DNA of 64,000 nucleotides. It comes from the human T2T-CHM13v2.0 reference genome, Homo sapiens. A program made the translations under genes and the position numbers. Location: assembly GCF_009914755.1 (NCBI RefSeq), contig NC_060947.1; one strand, given 5' to 3'. Below, in pieces: positions 1-14,110 of this stretch; within the stretch, counting starts at the first letter, position 1; each line of letters opens with the position of its first letter. The notes under the pieces are model-generated. The model was not told the DNA's origin and did not search any database. It saw nothing but the letters and a program-made list of their open reading frames with translations.

Positions 1-352
1 TTTGGTTTTCTGTTCATGCACTAGTTTGCTAAGGATAACGGCTCCAGCTGCATCCATGTTGCTACAATCTTATTTTTGTCTGGGTTGTATTCCATGGTGT
101 ATATGTAGCATATTTTCTTAATCAGTCTACTGTTGATGGACATTTATGTTGATTCCCCATCTTTGCTACTGTGAATAGTGCTGCAATAAACATATATGTG
201 CATGTGTCTTTATCGTAGAACAATTTATATTCCTTTGGGTATATACCAAATAATGAGGTTGCTGGGTTGAATGGTATTTCTGTTTTAACTTCTTTGAGGA
301 ATCACCACACTGCTTTCCACAATGGCAGAATTGATTAACATTCCCACCAGCA
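1..352 (-). mobile_element. L1 (L1PA/L1PB-type) ORF2-end/3'UTR fragment, runs off the window edge
   Basis: Antisense L1 motifs ttccatggtgtatatgt, gtgaatagtgctgcaataaacat, ccacactgctttccacaatgg. Confidence 0.85.
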
Positions 353-454
353 GTCACCACACCTGGCCAATATCTTATGCATACATTTTCAGATACTGAT
401 GCTTCTACTGTTATTATAACAATTCACAGGATGTATATACTGGATCAGAGTGTG

Positions 455-700
455 TGTATACACACACACACACACACACACTCTGCTCTAGTAGATACAT
501 CTATACATATATATATATACGCATCATTTCAGGGAGATATAGACATATCTATACAAGTATATGTGTATCTACACATATACACATATATATCTATACATCT
601 ATACACATATATACATATGTATACATCTATACACATATATACATATGTATACATCTATATACATATATACATACACACACATATATACACATATATATGT
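455..700. repeat. (CA)n plus degenerate (TATACA/TA)n low-complexity tandem tract
   Basis: Directly visible; includes repeated gtatacatctatacacatatatacatat units. Confidence 0.95.
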
Positions 701-719
701 AATTTTAGTAGGTGTTTCC

Positions 720-1750
720 ACCTGCCTTCCTAGAAACAATTTAGAATTACATATTTTAACCAGAATGTATAAGAATAGGCTCTTCTCTCACCAGGAAATT
801 TTTGTTTTGTTTTTGATTCTTTTAGTTTTGTTTGTATGATCAAATACATCACTTTGTTAACTTTTATTTCCATGATTCCTTGTGCATTTGAATATATTTT
901 TGTATCACTGACCTATTACAATTCCATGTGTGAATTGTCTGTTAATATGTTTTGCTCATTAATTTCTATATGGTAGTTTTCTTTTCCTTCTTGAATTTTA
1001 AGAGCTCTTGGTAAATAAGAGATAACATTTGTAGAATGCTTACCACTTGCAAAATGTGATTATATTTCTTATAATTCAACAAAATTTTGTATTTCATTCA
1101 AAAGTAAAACTGTCTTACAGATTTATGATCTTTGCTTTTTGACTGTTAAGTACAAAGGTTAACCTGACATCACAAAAGGAATTGTGGAGTTTTTTTCTTT
1201 TCATATGCTTTGGAATAGCTTAAAGTATATAAATTATTCTTTAAGGGTTACGTTAAATTCATTTGTAAAGAATCCTACTACACTCTTCAACAGTACACCT
1301 TTAATAACCTACTAAATGTTTTCTGAAGTAATCAGTCTAATTTTCCACTTATTCTTATCTCAATTTTAGTGATTTGTATTGTACGAGAAAATCAAGTTTT
1401 CCAGAATTTTGCAAAATTGTTATAAAATTGCTTTTAGTTTCCACTTCATTTCTTCTGTATCTGCTGTCATGCGTCTTTTCTCATTTATCTCGTCTAGTTT
1501 TTATTCTAAGTTTTCTTTGTTATGACTGGGATAGGTTTACCTATTTTGTTAATCTTTTCAAGAGCTCACTTTTGAATGGATTATTCTTATTCAATTTTCT
1601 ACGTTGAATACAATTTTTATTTTTGTTTCTATTTTTACAATTTCTTAAGATGCATACTTCTTTTATTTCCATCTTTTAAAAATCTTATGGCTATACAGTT
1701 CTCTCTGAATACAGATTTCACTATGCCTACATCATTAGAGTATGTATGAG
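720..1750 (-). mobile_element. Ancient L1M fragments
   Basis: Degenerate antisense L1 motifs (tgtgaattgtctgtt, ttgttaatcttttcaa, gctatacagttctctct). Confidence 0.5.
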
Positions 1751-3657
1751 CTATATAAATTTTACCAAGAGTTCATGAACATTTTACATTTATGTGCATT
1801 TTACCAAGAGGGAAACAGAGTATCAAAGATAAATGAAGCTTCCACAAGGTCTGATTTAAAACTATGTCTGGATAGAAGATATTTCATTAATTACATCTAG
1901 TGAATTCTCCACAAAAAGCTTTAAGAGGCTCTCTCTCCAAGTTAATAAACATTTCACACCATGATACAGACAAGGATTATTATTTATTTTGGTTGTGTTT
2001 TGTCTCTTGTACATGTCTTCTTCAAACTACCAAGGAGTGTAAGAAATGCTAATTGATAACCATGAAGACTCTAGAGGAGGGAGGTATTTGTCATGCCTGA
2101 AAGGGTATTGTTCATGGCATTTATATTACTCTTCAATGCCTCACATTGACGGTCTGGTCTGTTTTGGCCATGAATTCTCATAAGCTTGTTGCTCTTATAA
2201 TGCTGTATTTCTTACTATTAGCTGTAAGTCATAACATTTTTCTGAATTCAGTACTATTTCCTCTTAAATAATCATCACCCTGCCATACAGTAACTTCTCT
2301 TTTATGTTTTTTTTTCTAATACACATTCCAGAATTATGTCTTTCAAGAATTATCAGTCTAATTGCTAAATAACTGAATGGTAAAAATATTAAAACCTTTT
2401 AAAATCTGTGTGAAGTGAATGATTACATCTGTCTACTAAGCAAAACAGAAAACATTAATATGACATGTATGTTAATGTACGAGCCTACTGTGTGTATCAG
2501 TGTTGTGACAAGCACTCTATGGTTGGAAATTAAATAGTAGGGTCACTGTGGTTACCCAAAGTTCTGCTTTCCTGTTTTGCACAATGAAAACATCTGATAC
2601 CAAAATAGGTGTGAAAATTGATATTCTGTGTGAAAATGTAATAACATGCCTTGAGTTTTTGCAGAAATAAGTTAAACTACGCAGCACAATTGGCTTTTGT
2701 AGTTCCTGTCAACAGGCCTAAGATTTTACTCATAAAGTAACATGGGATGCTGTCTCAGAGTTTTACACTGTTATCTTCGGAAGTTGCTTTATTCAAATGT
2801 AATTTTGGAGGATAGAAAACCTCCATGGTTTGCTTTGACATAATGGAAACTTATTGTGACTCCAGTAGAATATTAAAATGTGAACTCTTTAGAAACACCT
2901 CAAGTTACAATAAGCAGTCTGTAAGAATTGCACATAGAAAACCTAATACATTAAATTATTCTTTAGTATGGAGTAGTCTCCTGCTGTCTATTTTAAAGGC
3001 ATAGGACAAGAACTTAAGGGGGTCCCTCTTCTATCGCCAGACTAGTACTTACAATACATAATTTTGTATAACAATATATATTTAGTAATTCTAAGATTAA
3101 TATATAATCATTTCAGGGAGCATTTACTTCCAGGTACTCTACCTCCTAAATGACTGGGCTATGAGGAACAATTCTCGTCATTTGCTTGTTCGAGACAGGC
3201 AAAAAACCTCGCTGTTTTCTTTTATCCCACTTTCCTTCAGGAACATGGATGTAATTTCTACCATCGTCAATATTTTATTCAAGCTAAGATTAGATATCCC
3301 ATGATGGTTTACAGTAAAAGGATTTATACTTATTATATTGATATATTCAAGATTTAAGAATACTTAAGAAAAACTTAAGATGAAAGTAAACCTGAAATAT
3401 GATGGTTTTCTGAAAGATTATTGACAGGAACAAGTTAGTGTTATTTTTGATTTGCTTTACAGAAAGAAGAATAGCAGACTAGGGTTCATCAAACAGAAAA
3501 TAGTAAATAAGACGTCAGAATGAGGGGCATGTAACTTGAAAATAATTTCAATAACCAAGTCAAATAATGAAAATGGAAGTTCTTAGGGCAGAGCAGAAGG
3601 AGAGAGAGAAGGGAAAATGATGAATAAAACTAAGAGTTACATTCCTGTAAGATATTT

Positions 3658-3660
<3 letters not shown>

Positions 3661-3706
<46 letters not shown>
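3661..3706. repeat. (TG)23 microsatellite
   Basis: Perfect 46-nt run, counted. Confidence 0.98.
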
Positions 3707-3707
<1 letters not shown>

Positions 3708-6700
3708 TGTGTGGTTTGTGTATGAGAGAGAGAAAAAGACAGGTGACAAAGTTCTGACAAAGCTTTAATGAATTTTTTCATACAATTTTATTTTTGTTAG
3801 ATGCAGAGAGAGATGGATGTTTAGAGTTTTGTGTATCATTTAAGCATTTGCGGTTTTAACTTGGAAGTTGCAGAAAGTTATATCTCATTCACAGGGGAAC
3901 CATCATCTTTATAATATATGGTGTCTGCCTCTTCTTGCCTTTTTAGACAACCAGTGACAAGGACATTTCAGAGCTACAGGCTCTAATGAAAACACGTCCT
4001 GCGTCATTCAGCCAATTGAAATTAGACTAAAGCAGGTCGTTTCTCACATTTGTTTCAAAGGAATTGGTTCTCCCAGATCATTTCAGAGTTTGATATTTGT
4101 CCTAAGAAGGAGTCACTTTTGTTCCCTCATATGCAGTGTAAAATACAAGCATTTTTAAAATTAGCTAAGGGAGGGGGATAAGGGTAAGCTACCTTTTCAC
4201 TCAGTCTTGGTGATTTTAACTAGATATGAAATGGTACAAACTATTATAAAATAATTTCACAAAAAGATTCTGAAAGGAACCCTGAAATATCCTTAAAAGT
4301 TTGAGTTGATTTCCTTAAACAGAATCTTAAACAATAACTAAAAGGGAAATCCCATGCATTGAAAATTATTATGTAAATATCCTTCCTGACACTGAAACCT
4401 CAAGCATGTACTTCCACCATCTATTTGGTTCTTTCATTTCTTTTCATTTCATTTCGTTCTCATAAAATATATATAAACCGAGAAGTTCCTTCCAACATTC
4501 TAGATAAACAGAATTTGCTTTTTAAACATGTTAAATGTCTTTTATAAGATGTCTGCCATCATGTAGCCAAGCTAAAGACTTCTCCATATTCAAGAGAAAC
4601 TTCTCAAGTATTCATACAATCCTTCTAAATATAATGCATTTTAAAAAGATAAAAAATACAGGAAAGGCAAAGTAGTTTCATTGCCCTGCAGCATGTGCTT
4701 TTACACCACATTTAAGATTTACACTGTTTAAAATTTCAAGACTTATGGGCATAAATCATACCTATTTTCTTCCATTGAGAGATGCATGTATTGAATCTTT
4801 TTCTTATTAAATCATAAATACGTCGATATATACAACCTAAACGGTGGGCCATATTGCCACTGTGGACCTGGATTTCCAATGACAGCTTTTTATTCCCTTC
4901 CTTATCTCCGTATTTCAAGAATTATTTTTGATTCAGATATAGAAATTTACATTAGATAATTTTTGAAGCACATTTTGACCTCAACTATATTACAAGATTT
5001 AATTCTGGGTACTCACTACAAAGATACTATCTCTACCTTCAATGATTAAGTTTTACATATTTAGTCATTCTTTAACTATTTTTGACCACTCACTATATGC
5101 CACGCATAGAATGTTAAGAATAAATTTAAAAAATAGACTTTCAACAAATTGCTTATGGACAAGTGAAATGTTAAATTTCCTCTATATTTCAGATATGTTT
5201 ATGATCACTCTGATACATTGCAGGAGAATTATTTTTAATGGAGTCATGTTTTCATTTGTTTATATACTGCCTCTTTGACAATAAAGAATTGAGGCAGTTA
5301 ATACAAGTGTCTCATAATCCTAAGAAAATATGAACATTTAATGGCATGAAAGACATTAAAACAAATTTATCAAAATAGAAGTTTTGATACAGGTAATCTG
5401 GTTGAACGTATTAATAAAATGCAAACTAAACTTTTTGGGAAAGTAGCTCTTTTAACTAAACTCAACAAAATTCCTTATATAGAATATATATTAGAGGGCA
5501 TTGCCTGAGTAAATGGACACTGTCCTCAATACTTTCACAATTTAGTATGAAAGATATATATACTTTCAGTATATTATTTAATTTGAATTTTTGTAATTAC
5601 GTATCTTTTATCTGGCAATATAGGATGTAACTTTAACGACAAAAATCAACCCATATAGCCCCAACTTTTTAAGCTCAAGTCACGTATACTAATTTCAAGT
5701 AAAAAAAAAAAAAAAAAAAGCAATAGCTACAATAAAAATCTTAAAAGATACTTGAGTGACATTATAAGAAATATTTTTAAACAGTACTATTTATAGTTAT
5801 ATAATTATTATCCCAGCAGACCTCCATATGTGAACATAATAGGTAACTGGCTATCTCAATTTGAAGTTGAATATACAAGAAATGTGTCAATACTAATTTC
5901 CCTTAAAGCAAGAGGTATACTAAGGGGGATGGGAAGAATAAACAACTCACCCAGAAAATTATTTTAAATGAGAACATGCTGCAATTTAAGAGTAGTTATA
6001 TTACCTTGCAACTGAATGTGAGTTTAATGAATACGAGATTATGTTTGTATATTTGTATCTTCCATAACAAGTATTTTGAAAGAAGTGAACATTTACTATT
6101 AATGCATTTCGCAGATGATAAAGTGAGTCAAAGTCACGGAATCATTTGGCAAAGACCCTATAGTTGATAAGTTACAGAGTTAACAAGATCTACCTCTTCT
6201 GCAAACTTGAGAATTAATACATATAAAGTGCAAATATTTTACAGGCCTATTGTGTGGACTGACAATTTTGTGTAAGAAATACTTGTCTAACAAATTAAAT
6301 TTGGAATTTGTACTTAAATACTAGATTTTATGAGTAATAAATAGAAGTAGTTTATAGTCAAATATATTCTGACATGCTCCAAAATATGTATTATATGGCT
6401 ATTTAAGTTTCTGAATACTTAAAGGACACATAAAATACTAGTTTTAAAGAACATTTTAGAATCCTCTTTATCTAACATTATATGCCAGCATGTGAACAGT
6501 ATATCATTTTTCAGATCAGTGACATCTGACAACCATTCAATCTAATTCAGTGACTATTTTCAATGATGGGGTTAAGTGAATATTTGAACATAGCTGTCAT
6601 CTGAATTTCCACCCTAGGCTTTTTAAATACTCACCTTGGATTTGTGATTTAATGTATAGCAATGACTATTTGCTTTGTAGTATCCCACATTGTAGATTTG

Positions 6701-8047
6701 AAGTTACTTGGTAAAAACTTACCACCTTGTGATAGACAATTGATGAGCTGGTACAATGAACATAATTATTAGATCTACAACTGTGTCAGTTAATATTAAA
6801 TTATATTAAGTCAGCGAAGTCTTGGTAATGTTCCTAGGGTATATTTCAACACTATACCTTTTGTATGAATCTTTATAAAAGGGATCGGAATTCATAAAAT
6901 GTAAGCAAGGAAATCATAAGAGGGAAGACGAGGACACAAGCTTGGAGAAAGGAAGACAGATCATAATACATCTTGGGGAGCGGGGGGTAGTTTAAAGCAC
7001 CACAGTTAAATCTCTATCAAATTTGTAATTTCTAAGTTCCTTTACCAGACAAAAAATTAATCATTAAACTAGACACAAAATTATTAAAAGTGCAAATATC
7101 TAATAGAGAATACTCACTGATTAGAACTTAGTTATATCCAAGGAAAGTTTAAATTATCCATTAAATATCTTTGAGAGAATAGAGTTAAGTGTAGAACTGA
7201 ATTTAAAATGCCTAATGAAAGGCACTACTTACAAACAAAAGTGGGACAGGGCAAAGAAATAATAGAATGGCTGTATAAGAGATGTTTCATCCTAGCTGGG
7301 ATTTGCTTTACCTTCAAAAACTTGTAAATAAAAAGAAGCTGTGGATACATTTTTACCTAGAGCTGATGTAGAGACAAGAATAACCACTTAGTAGCATAGT
7401 CTCCCATTTCTCAGGATTTTGTATTTTGTTCGCTTTTTAAAATCACAACCAACTATTACAAATGAGCTTTGCTCTCAGCAAATACCGCAATAAAGTTATC
7501 ACTGCACTTAGAAGTACTTTCTTCTCAATAAGTGGCTTTCCAAAATACATTATTGACAGCAGGGATAACTTCATGCTAAAACAGCCACCACAAAGAATGC
7601 AAATTGGAACACAGACGTAGTGTCTGAGCTCTACAGATATAAGCTGAGTGGCATTCAAGTGAGGATAACAGGTTAAACGCCAGGACAGGGAAAGGAAAGA
7701 AACTGAGGAACAGGGTTAAACTGAGGAGCTAGTTTAGAACTACAGAATATGCTAGAACTAGTGATTTATGGCAGAGGGACAGGCTAAAATGGAGGAGACC
7801 CTAAGGAAAAGAGAGAAGACAAAATGACCTTGACTTAATGATCCAGAAATTACCAAAAAGTATCATTTTGAAAAGACACTTCTAATATTCCTTTAAAAAT
7901 CAGAGGGCTAAATTTTGAGTGATTTTTTTAAACCAGGGTTTCTTTTCATAGGTTTATAGAATTAGGAGGCTGTTCATATGATTTTCTATTAGCAATTATC
8001 AATTTCTTGGTGTGTGGACAAACTTATCACTGGTATTCAAAAAAAAA

Positions 8048-8340
8048 TTTTTTTTTTTGGAGACAAGTCTTGCTCGATCCCCCAGACTAGAGTGCAGTGG
8101 TATGATCACCTCTCAGTGCAACCTCCGCCTCATGGGTTCAAGTGATTCTCATGCCTCAGCCTCCCCAGTAGCTGGAATTACAGGCGCCAGCCACCACACC
8201 CGTCTAATTTTTTTTTTTTTAGTAGAGACGGGGTTTTGCCATGTTGGCCAGGATGGTCTCGAACTCCTGACCTCAGGTGATCTGCCCGCCCCAGCCTCCC
8301 AAAGTGCTGGGATTACAGGTGTGAGCCACCACGCTCGGCC
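8048..8340 (-). mobile_element. Alu (AluS-like)
   Basis: Poly-T followed by reverse-complement Alu dimer ending ...cacgctcggcc. Confidence 0.95.
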
Positions 8341-9229
8341 TCAACTTCATTTTTTATAATAAACATATATGTATTTCTGTGTAAAACCCGTTTTTGGTTT
8401 CTATATCTCATACTTAATATTTCCCTTCCATTTTTAAACTGCATACATTTGTTTTTCTCCCTCCTTGTCTGGATCACATTCATAAGATATTAATCTATTT
8501 CATATTATAAGGAACTAGCTGTATATTTTATCTAGTGTTTCTTCTATTTCTTTATCTTTAGTTCCTGCTTTCCTTAAAGCATTTTTGTAACATTTTTATT
8601 TGAAAGCTTGATTCAATTTATCTTTTTAATGAAGATCAAAATCAAAGACAAAAATTCAAACTCTCAGTACAGCCTGAGCCATTTCTCATGGGTTTTCATA
8701 TGGAATGCTTTTTCCTTCACAAATGTAGTTTTATACTCTTGGTTTAACAAACCTTAATCAAACTTAATTTATAAGTATATTATTAGTTTCTACTGTTATT
8801 AAATAACATGAATTTTGAAAGTTTGTGTGTATTTAATGACATTTTCACTGCATTCAAATATATTGCCCGTTTATAATTTGTGTATGTGGCAGGAAATTTT
8901 TTTTACTATTTTCCTAAGCCTTTAACAAGTTTACGACGAAGAGCAGATATCCGAAGTGACTCTCAGCGTGTCTTTCTTTTCTGGCTCTGGTTGTCTCCAG
9001 AAGAATAGGAAGGAGTCCTTAGTCCCCAAATTAGCCAGAAACCACGTCTACTCTCTGTCATCAAATAGAAGTGGTATGGCCTCAAAGGTGACTGGCTTCC
9101 TGATGCATCCAACAAGACTGGGCCCTAGCCAACATCAGAGTTCTCGGCATGCAGATTCTCAAGTCCTCATTTCGCACAGAAACAAAACAGAACTAGATAC
9201 CTGGAATGCCGATTATACCGTTTTCCACT

Positions 9230-9689
9230 CCTACTTCACTAACCCACCAAACTTCTTCACCTCTTCTTTGTATGTGATGACTACATCACCTGGAATCTCT
9301 TAACCTTGGACTTCTGGTTAGACTAAACTAAGGAGCGGCACTGGCAAAACACTGGAGGATTCTATGGAGAGACTAAGGTATCACTTCTCTCAACTTCACC
9401 AGGCAATGATTTGAAACTAACAGCATTCTTTAGATACCTAGGGGCTCAGTTCACAGTTGTGTCCAGTGGCGCTCTCCCAACGTGAGGGATTTTATCAAAT
9501 TAATAGCCCTCTCCCCTTGACTGCTTAGGTTTAGATGTAGTAAAGGTTATTAACTCATGTGAATCCCTGCATTCTTCACCATAGTTTCTTCCTTTAATCC
9601 TCCCCACGTTTCTATAAATATTCCCCTGATTACACTCTCTTCAACTTTTTCTGTATGCCACGTGTTTAATATCAGGACAGTTAATACAC
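9230..9689 (+). mobile_element. Old ERVL-class solo LTR (LTR33-like)
   Basis: 3' part resembles the recalled LTR33 end (cttcaccat...cctttaatcctccccac...taaatattcccc...caggacagttaataca). Confidence 0.5.
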
Positions 9690-10243
9690 TTGACTTCACA
9701 AGATACCTTAAAATTGTATAGTGAATGTATCACTTGGTTGCCTCAATGAACTGAAAATGAAAATGCTTTTGCCCTATGAAAGACACCATGTGGATCTACT
9801 GAGCTCTGGCCATTCCATAGGCTCAGGGGAGAGCATTCCCAATAATGACAGACATACGATTTTCTGAATGCCTTGTTGAGAGTTCAGACTTGAATTTAGT
9901 TAATGTAACTGAAATTTTTAAACTATTGCTCTTCTTGCACATCCAACTTCATAGGGAGATTTATTGATAATGCTCATATTTTATAGAAGTATCTACTATG
10001 CTTTAGTGTTGAGATACAGAAAATCACTATTAAACCTACAGTTATTTGTACTCTCAATCTTTTGCTGTTAAATATGTCATAAACTTGACAGTGGTGAATT
10101 AATGGCTCTAAAAATATATTTCCATCAATTTTTCTTCATGGATTTAGCAGCATTTCTACTGTGCGATACGTTTTCGTTATTGACTGTAACTTTCTTGAAT
10201 AAAATGACACTCTAAGTTTGTTAGTATTCTATCACTGATTTTT

Positions 10244-11027
10244 CATTTTGTCTGATTTTTCCTGTTTTATATTTTTTATTATTCTTTAAGTTCTGGGGTA
10301 CATGTGCAGGTTTGTTACATAGTTATACACCTGCGATAGTGGTTTGCTGTACCCATAGACCCGTCACCTACATTAGGTATTTCTCCTAATTCTATCCCTC
10401 CCCTAGCCCCCCACCCTCTGACAGGCCATGGTGTGTGACGTTCCCCTCCTAATGTCCATATGTTCTCATTGTTCAGCTACCACTTATGAGTCAGAACATG
10501 CGGTGTTTGGTTTTCTGTTCTTGTGTTAGTTTGCTGAGAATGATGGTTTCCAGCTTCATCCATGTCCCTGCAAAGGACATGAACTCATTCTTTTTTTATG
10601 GCTGCATAGTATTCCATGGTGTATATGTACCACATTTTCTTAATCCAGTCTATCACTGATGGACATTTGGCCAACATACATACGAAAAAATGCTTATCAC
10701 TTGTCATTAGAAAAATGCAAATCAAAACCACAATGAGATACCATTTAACAACAGTTAGAATGGCAATCATTAAAAAGTCAGCAAAAGATGCTGGAGAGAA
10801 TATGGAGAAATAGGAATGCTTTTACACTGTTGGTGGGAATGTAAATTAGTTCAACCATTGTGGAAGACAGTGTGGTGATTCCTCAAGGATCTGGAACTAG
10901 AAATACCATTTGACCCAGCAATCCTGTTACTGGGTATATATCCAAAGGATTATAAATCATTCTACTATGAAGACACATGCACACATCTGTTCATTGTGGC
11001 ACTATTCACAATAGCAAAGACTTGGAA
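10244..11027 (-). mobile_element. 5'-inverted (twin-primed) L1PA insertion with 15-bp TSD
   Basis: 10244-10670 is an antisense L1 3' end with tail; 10671-11027 is the adjacent upstream L1 segment in sense. TSD ctatcactgattttt (10229-10243) / ctattactgattttt (11028-11042). Confidence 0.9.
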
Positions 11028-11739
11028 CTATTACTGATTTTTAAAATAACCTGACTTATGACCCATTTAATTTCTAGTAGTGTTTTTTTAGTCATTGTCA
11101 TCTCATTTAGACCTGAGTCCAAATGCCAACAATGGCTCACCATGCTTTCTTCTTCTCACCCCCACCTTACTACCTCTCTGCTCCCCTATCTCTGCTATGT
11201 TTCCTTTATCTCTAAACTCACTCTACTCCACTTGCTGAGGCCTCATTCCAAATGCTTTTTCACCTTAAGGTCTTTATTACCGTGCCTAACCCACCTTCCT
11301 ATAGACAATTCCAAGGCTCACTCCCTTTCTCCAGGTCTCTGCTCATATAGGAACTGAACCAAAAGGTCTTCTCAGACCTCTTATTCTATGTATCTCTTTT
11401 TTATTCACTTAACTGTTCCTAAGTATATATGCTTCATATTGCCTACCATGTGGCTGTAATCTCTGACACACAAAGGGTTGTGTTTGCTCTGACACCAATC
11501 AATCAACTTATATACCTGTGAATTTTAAAAGGAAATTTGGATAGGACTTCTTCAATGTGATTATTTATATCCTGCACAGGCTTATTGATATAGAACACAC
11601 CCAAGCTCAACTTTAGAAAAAAAATCCTGCTTGAGCATTTTGATTTATTCTTCCTAATAAGCAAACTAAAGTTGTACTTATGGATGTTTTCCATTTTTGT
11701 TTATACTTATGACAAAATGGAGAATTATAAGATAATGCA

Positions 11740-12017
11740 TTTTTTTTTTTTCACTCTGTGGCCAGGCTGGAGTGCAGTGGCACGATCTCCACTCACTGCA
11801 ACCTCTGCTCCCAGGTTCACGTGATTCTCCTGCCTCAGCCTCATGAGTAGCTGGGACTACAGATGCACACCACCACGCTCAGCTAATTTTTGTGTTTTTA
11901 GTAGAGATGGGGTTTCACCATGTTGGCCAGGATGGTCTCAATTTCTTGACATCATGATCCACCCGCCTGGACCACCCAAAGTGCTGGTATTACAGGCATG
12001 AGCCACCGCGCCCAGCC
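11740..12017 (-). mobile_element. Alu
   Basis: Reverse-complement Alu ending gagccaccgcgcccagcc. Confidence 0.95.
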
Positions 12018-12450
12018 TAGATTTACTTTTGAAAATCCATGTGTTATTGTTCAGCCACAGGCTAAGGTAAAGGTTCCTTTGTTCCAAGTTTGGTTTCTGC
12101 ATGAGAATGTCTTGAGGTTTTGTCCTCTAACGCATAGGCCAGCATCTTATGCAGCTCCCCATTAAAGCTCTAGCTCAGATGAAAGCATTGTTAATATCTG
12201 CTTTTGAACAACTCCTTCTCAAATTTAAGCCATTATTTTGGGGCCTTTTCCCTACTAAAACATTAGGAGGTTCTATATTTTCTGTAAGAAATGTGGCCTT
12301 CCCTGAAGAGATTCATATGACATCATATTCTAATTTTATATTCACTTATATTCATTTAATAATTTCATTAGAAAACATGGGGTCTATGATCAGATTTCTA
12401 TATATGGCCCGTGGAGTTTCGGAGGTTTTAAGTTCCCTTCATAAGTTCCT

Positions 12451-14090
12451 CTTTTAATTGAAGTGGAATATGCATATAGAAAAATATACATAAGTGTACA
12501 ACTTGATGCGTTTTCTTACAGTAAATACACATGTGTAACAGCTATCAGGTCAAAACATGGAACAGTGAGCACCGCAGAAGATTCTCTTATGCGTTTTACT
12601 GACTTACTCCTTCCAAAAGTTAACCACTCTCTTCAATTTTAAACCCATGGAAACATTTTGCCCGTTTTTGAAATTTAATTGAAAGAAATCATAGTAGGTA
12701 TAATTTGTCTGATTTATTTCACTCAAATACATTTTAACGACTTCATCTTGTATATTGTGTGTAGCTATCATTTGGTCATTTTCATTGCTCTGTAATATCC
12801 CATCATGAGAATGTATCATAGTCACTTCCAGTTTGGGCTATCACAAATGAAACTGCTATGAACATTCTCACATATATATGTGTTTTTGGCAAACTGGGAA
12901 ATGTATTTCTGTAACTTGTATGTCTACAATAGAATTGCTGGGTGGTAAGAAATGTGCATTTTCACATTTAGTAGATCATGCCCAACTCTTTAATTAGTTG
13001 CCTGAATTATATTTCCAGAAGTTAATTGTGAGATTTCCAGTTGATCCATGTCCTCATCAACATTTGGCATTAGTAGTCTAGTTCAGTCATTTTGGTAATT
13101 TTGTACTGGTATCTCATTACAGCTCTAATTTAAATTTCCTCAAGTTACTGCTGAGGTTAAACATTTCTTAAATATGATTCTTGAATTTGTGAACACCTTT
13201 TGTGTTCCTGTTCAATTTCAGTTTCTCATTCTAGAAAACCTAAAATTTAAAAAAAAAATCAAGAAAAACAGAAGACTGGGATACTCCATATGTAAATGTG
13301 TCAGTTATTCTCTATAGATTTAACTCAATGTTAATCATACTTAAAATGAATGTACATGTAAATGGAAAAGATTACAAAACAAATACAAAAATAGAAAGGG
13401 CCAATAACCAATAAAATCTCGAACAAAGTGGGAGAACCTAGTTCACCAGATACTAGGCTGTATTATAAAACTACATTACTCCACATTACATGATATTTGT
13501 GTGTGTAGAGAGAGAGAGAACAATGCAAGAGAATTGAAGTGCAAAAACAGACCCACATATGTACGGACAAATTTTTAATGACACACTTAGTACTGTGAAG
13601 CAATGAGGAAGCATTATTTTTAATAAATGGTGTGTTAATTAGACTTCAAATAAAATAAATACTGAGTCTTAACCTATTCCTCACACCATATGCAATAATC
13701 AATTTCAGGTAAAACAGATCCAAAAACAAAATGGTAAAACGATAATGGTTCTATAGATAATAACCTAATATAGTATCATAATGGCTTTGGGTAGGCCAGT
13801 ATTTCTTCAACAGGTCATAAAAATATAAAGTTTTAAAGAATAAACTATATCCAAGTGGAGAACTTGTTTTTATTAATATTAACCATTGAAGTGAGTAAAA
13901 AGGTAATCCACAGAAAAGGAAAATACATTTGCAACTCAAAACAAAGGGCTCATATCCAGAATATAGCAATAACTCAATTTTGATGAAGTCCAAGTTAACT
14001 TTTCTCTTTTTGAAACATGCTTTGGATTCAGGTATCATAAATACTTGCCTATCCCAAAGTCATATAAATTTCCTTCTATATGTTTTATTG
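12451..14090. mobile_element. Ancient L1ME-type fragments in mixed orientation (minus 12451-13225, plus 13230-13975, minus 13976-14090)
   Basis: L1ME 3'-end motif taagtgtacaacttgatg on minus; ORF2 motifs aacaaagtgggagaac, aaacagacccacatat, tcacaccatatgca on plus. Confidence 0.65.
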
Positions 14091-14110
14091 CCAGGATTTT
14101 TCTGGTTCCC

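Noticed and set aside
377-839. His/Ile/Tyr/Thr-rich ORFs of 82-118 aa
   Set aside because: Translations of the CA/TA microsatellite tract.
6625-6800. Strong DMD-sense donors AAG|GTGAGT (~6635) and GTG|GTAAGT (~6722) in intron 4
   Set aside because: No convincing polypyrimidine acceptor at exon distance; such motifs are common by chance.
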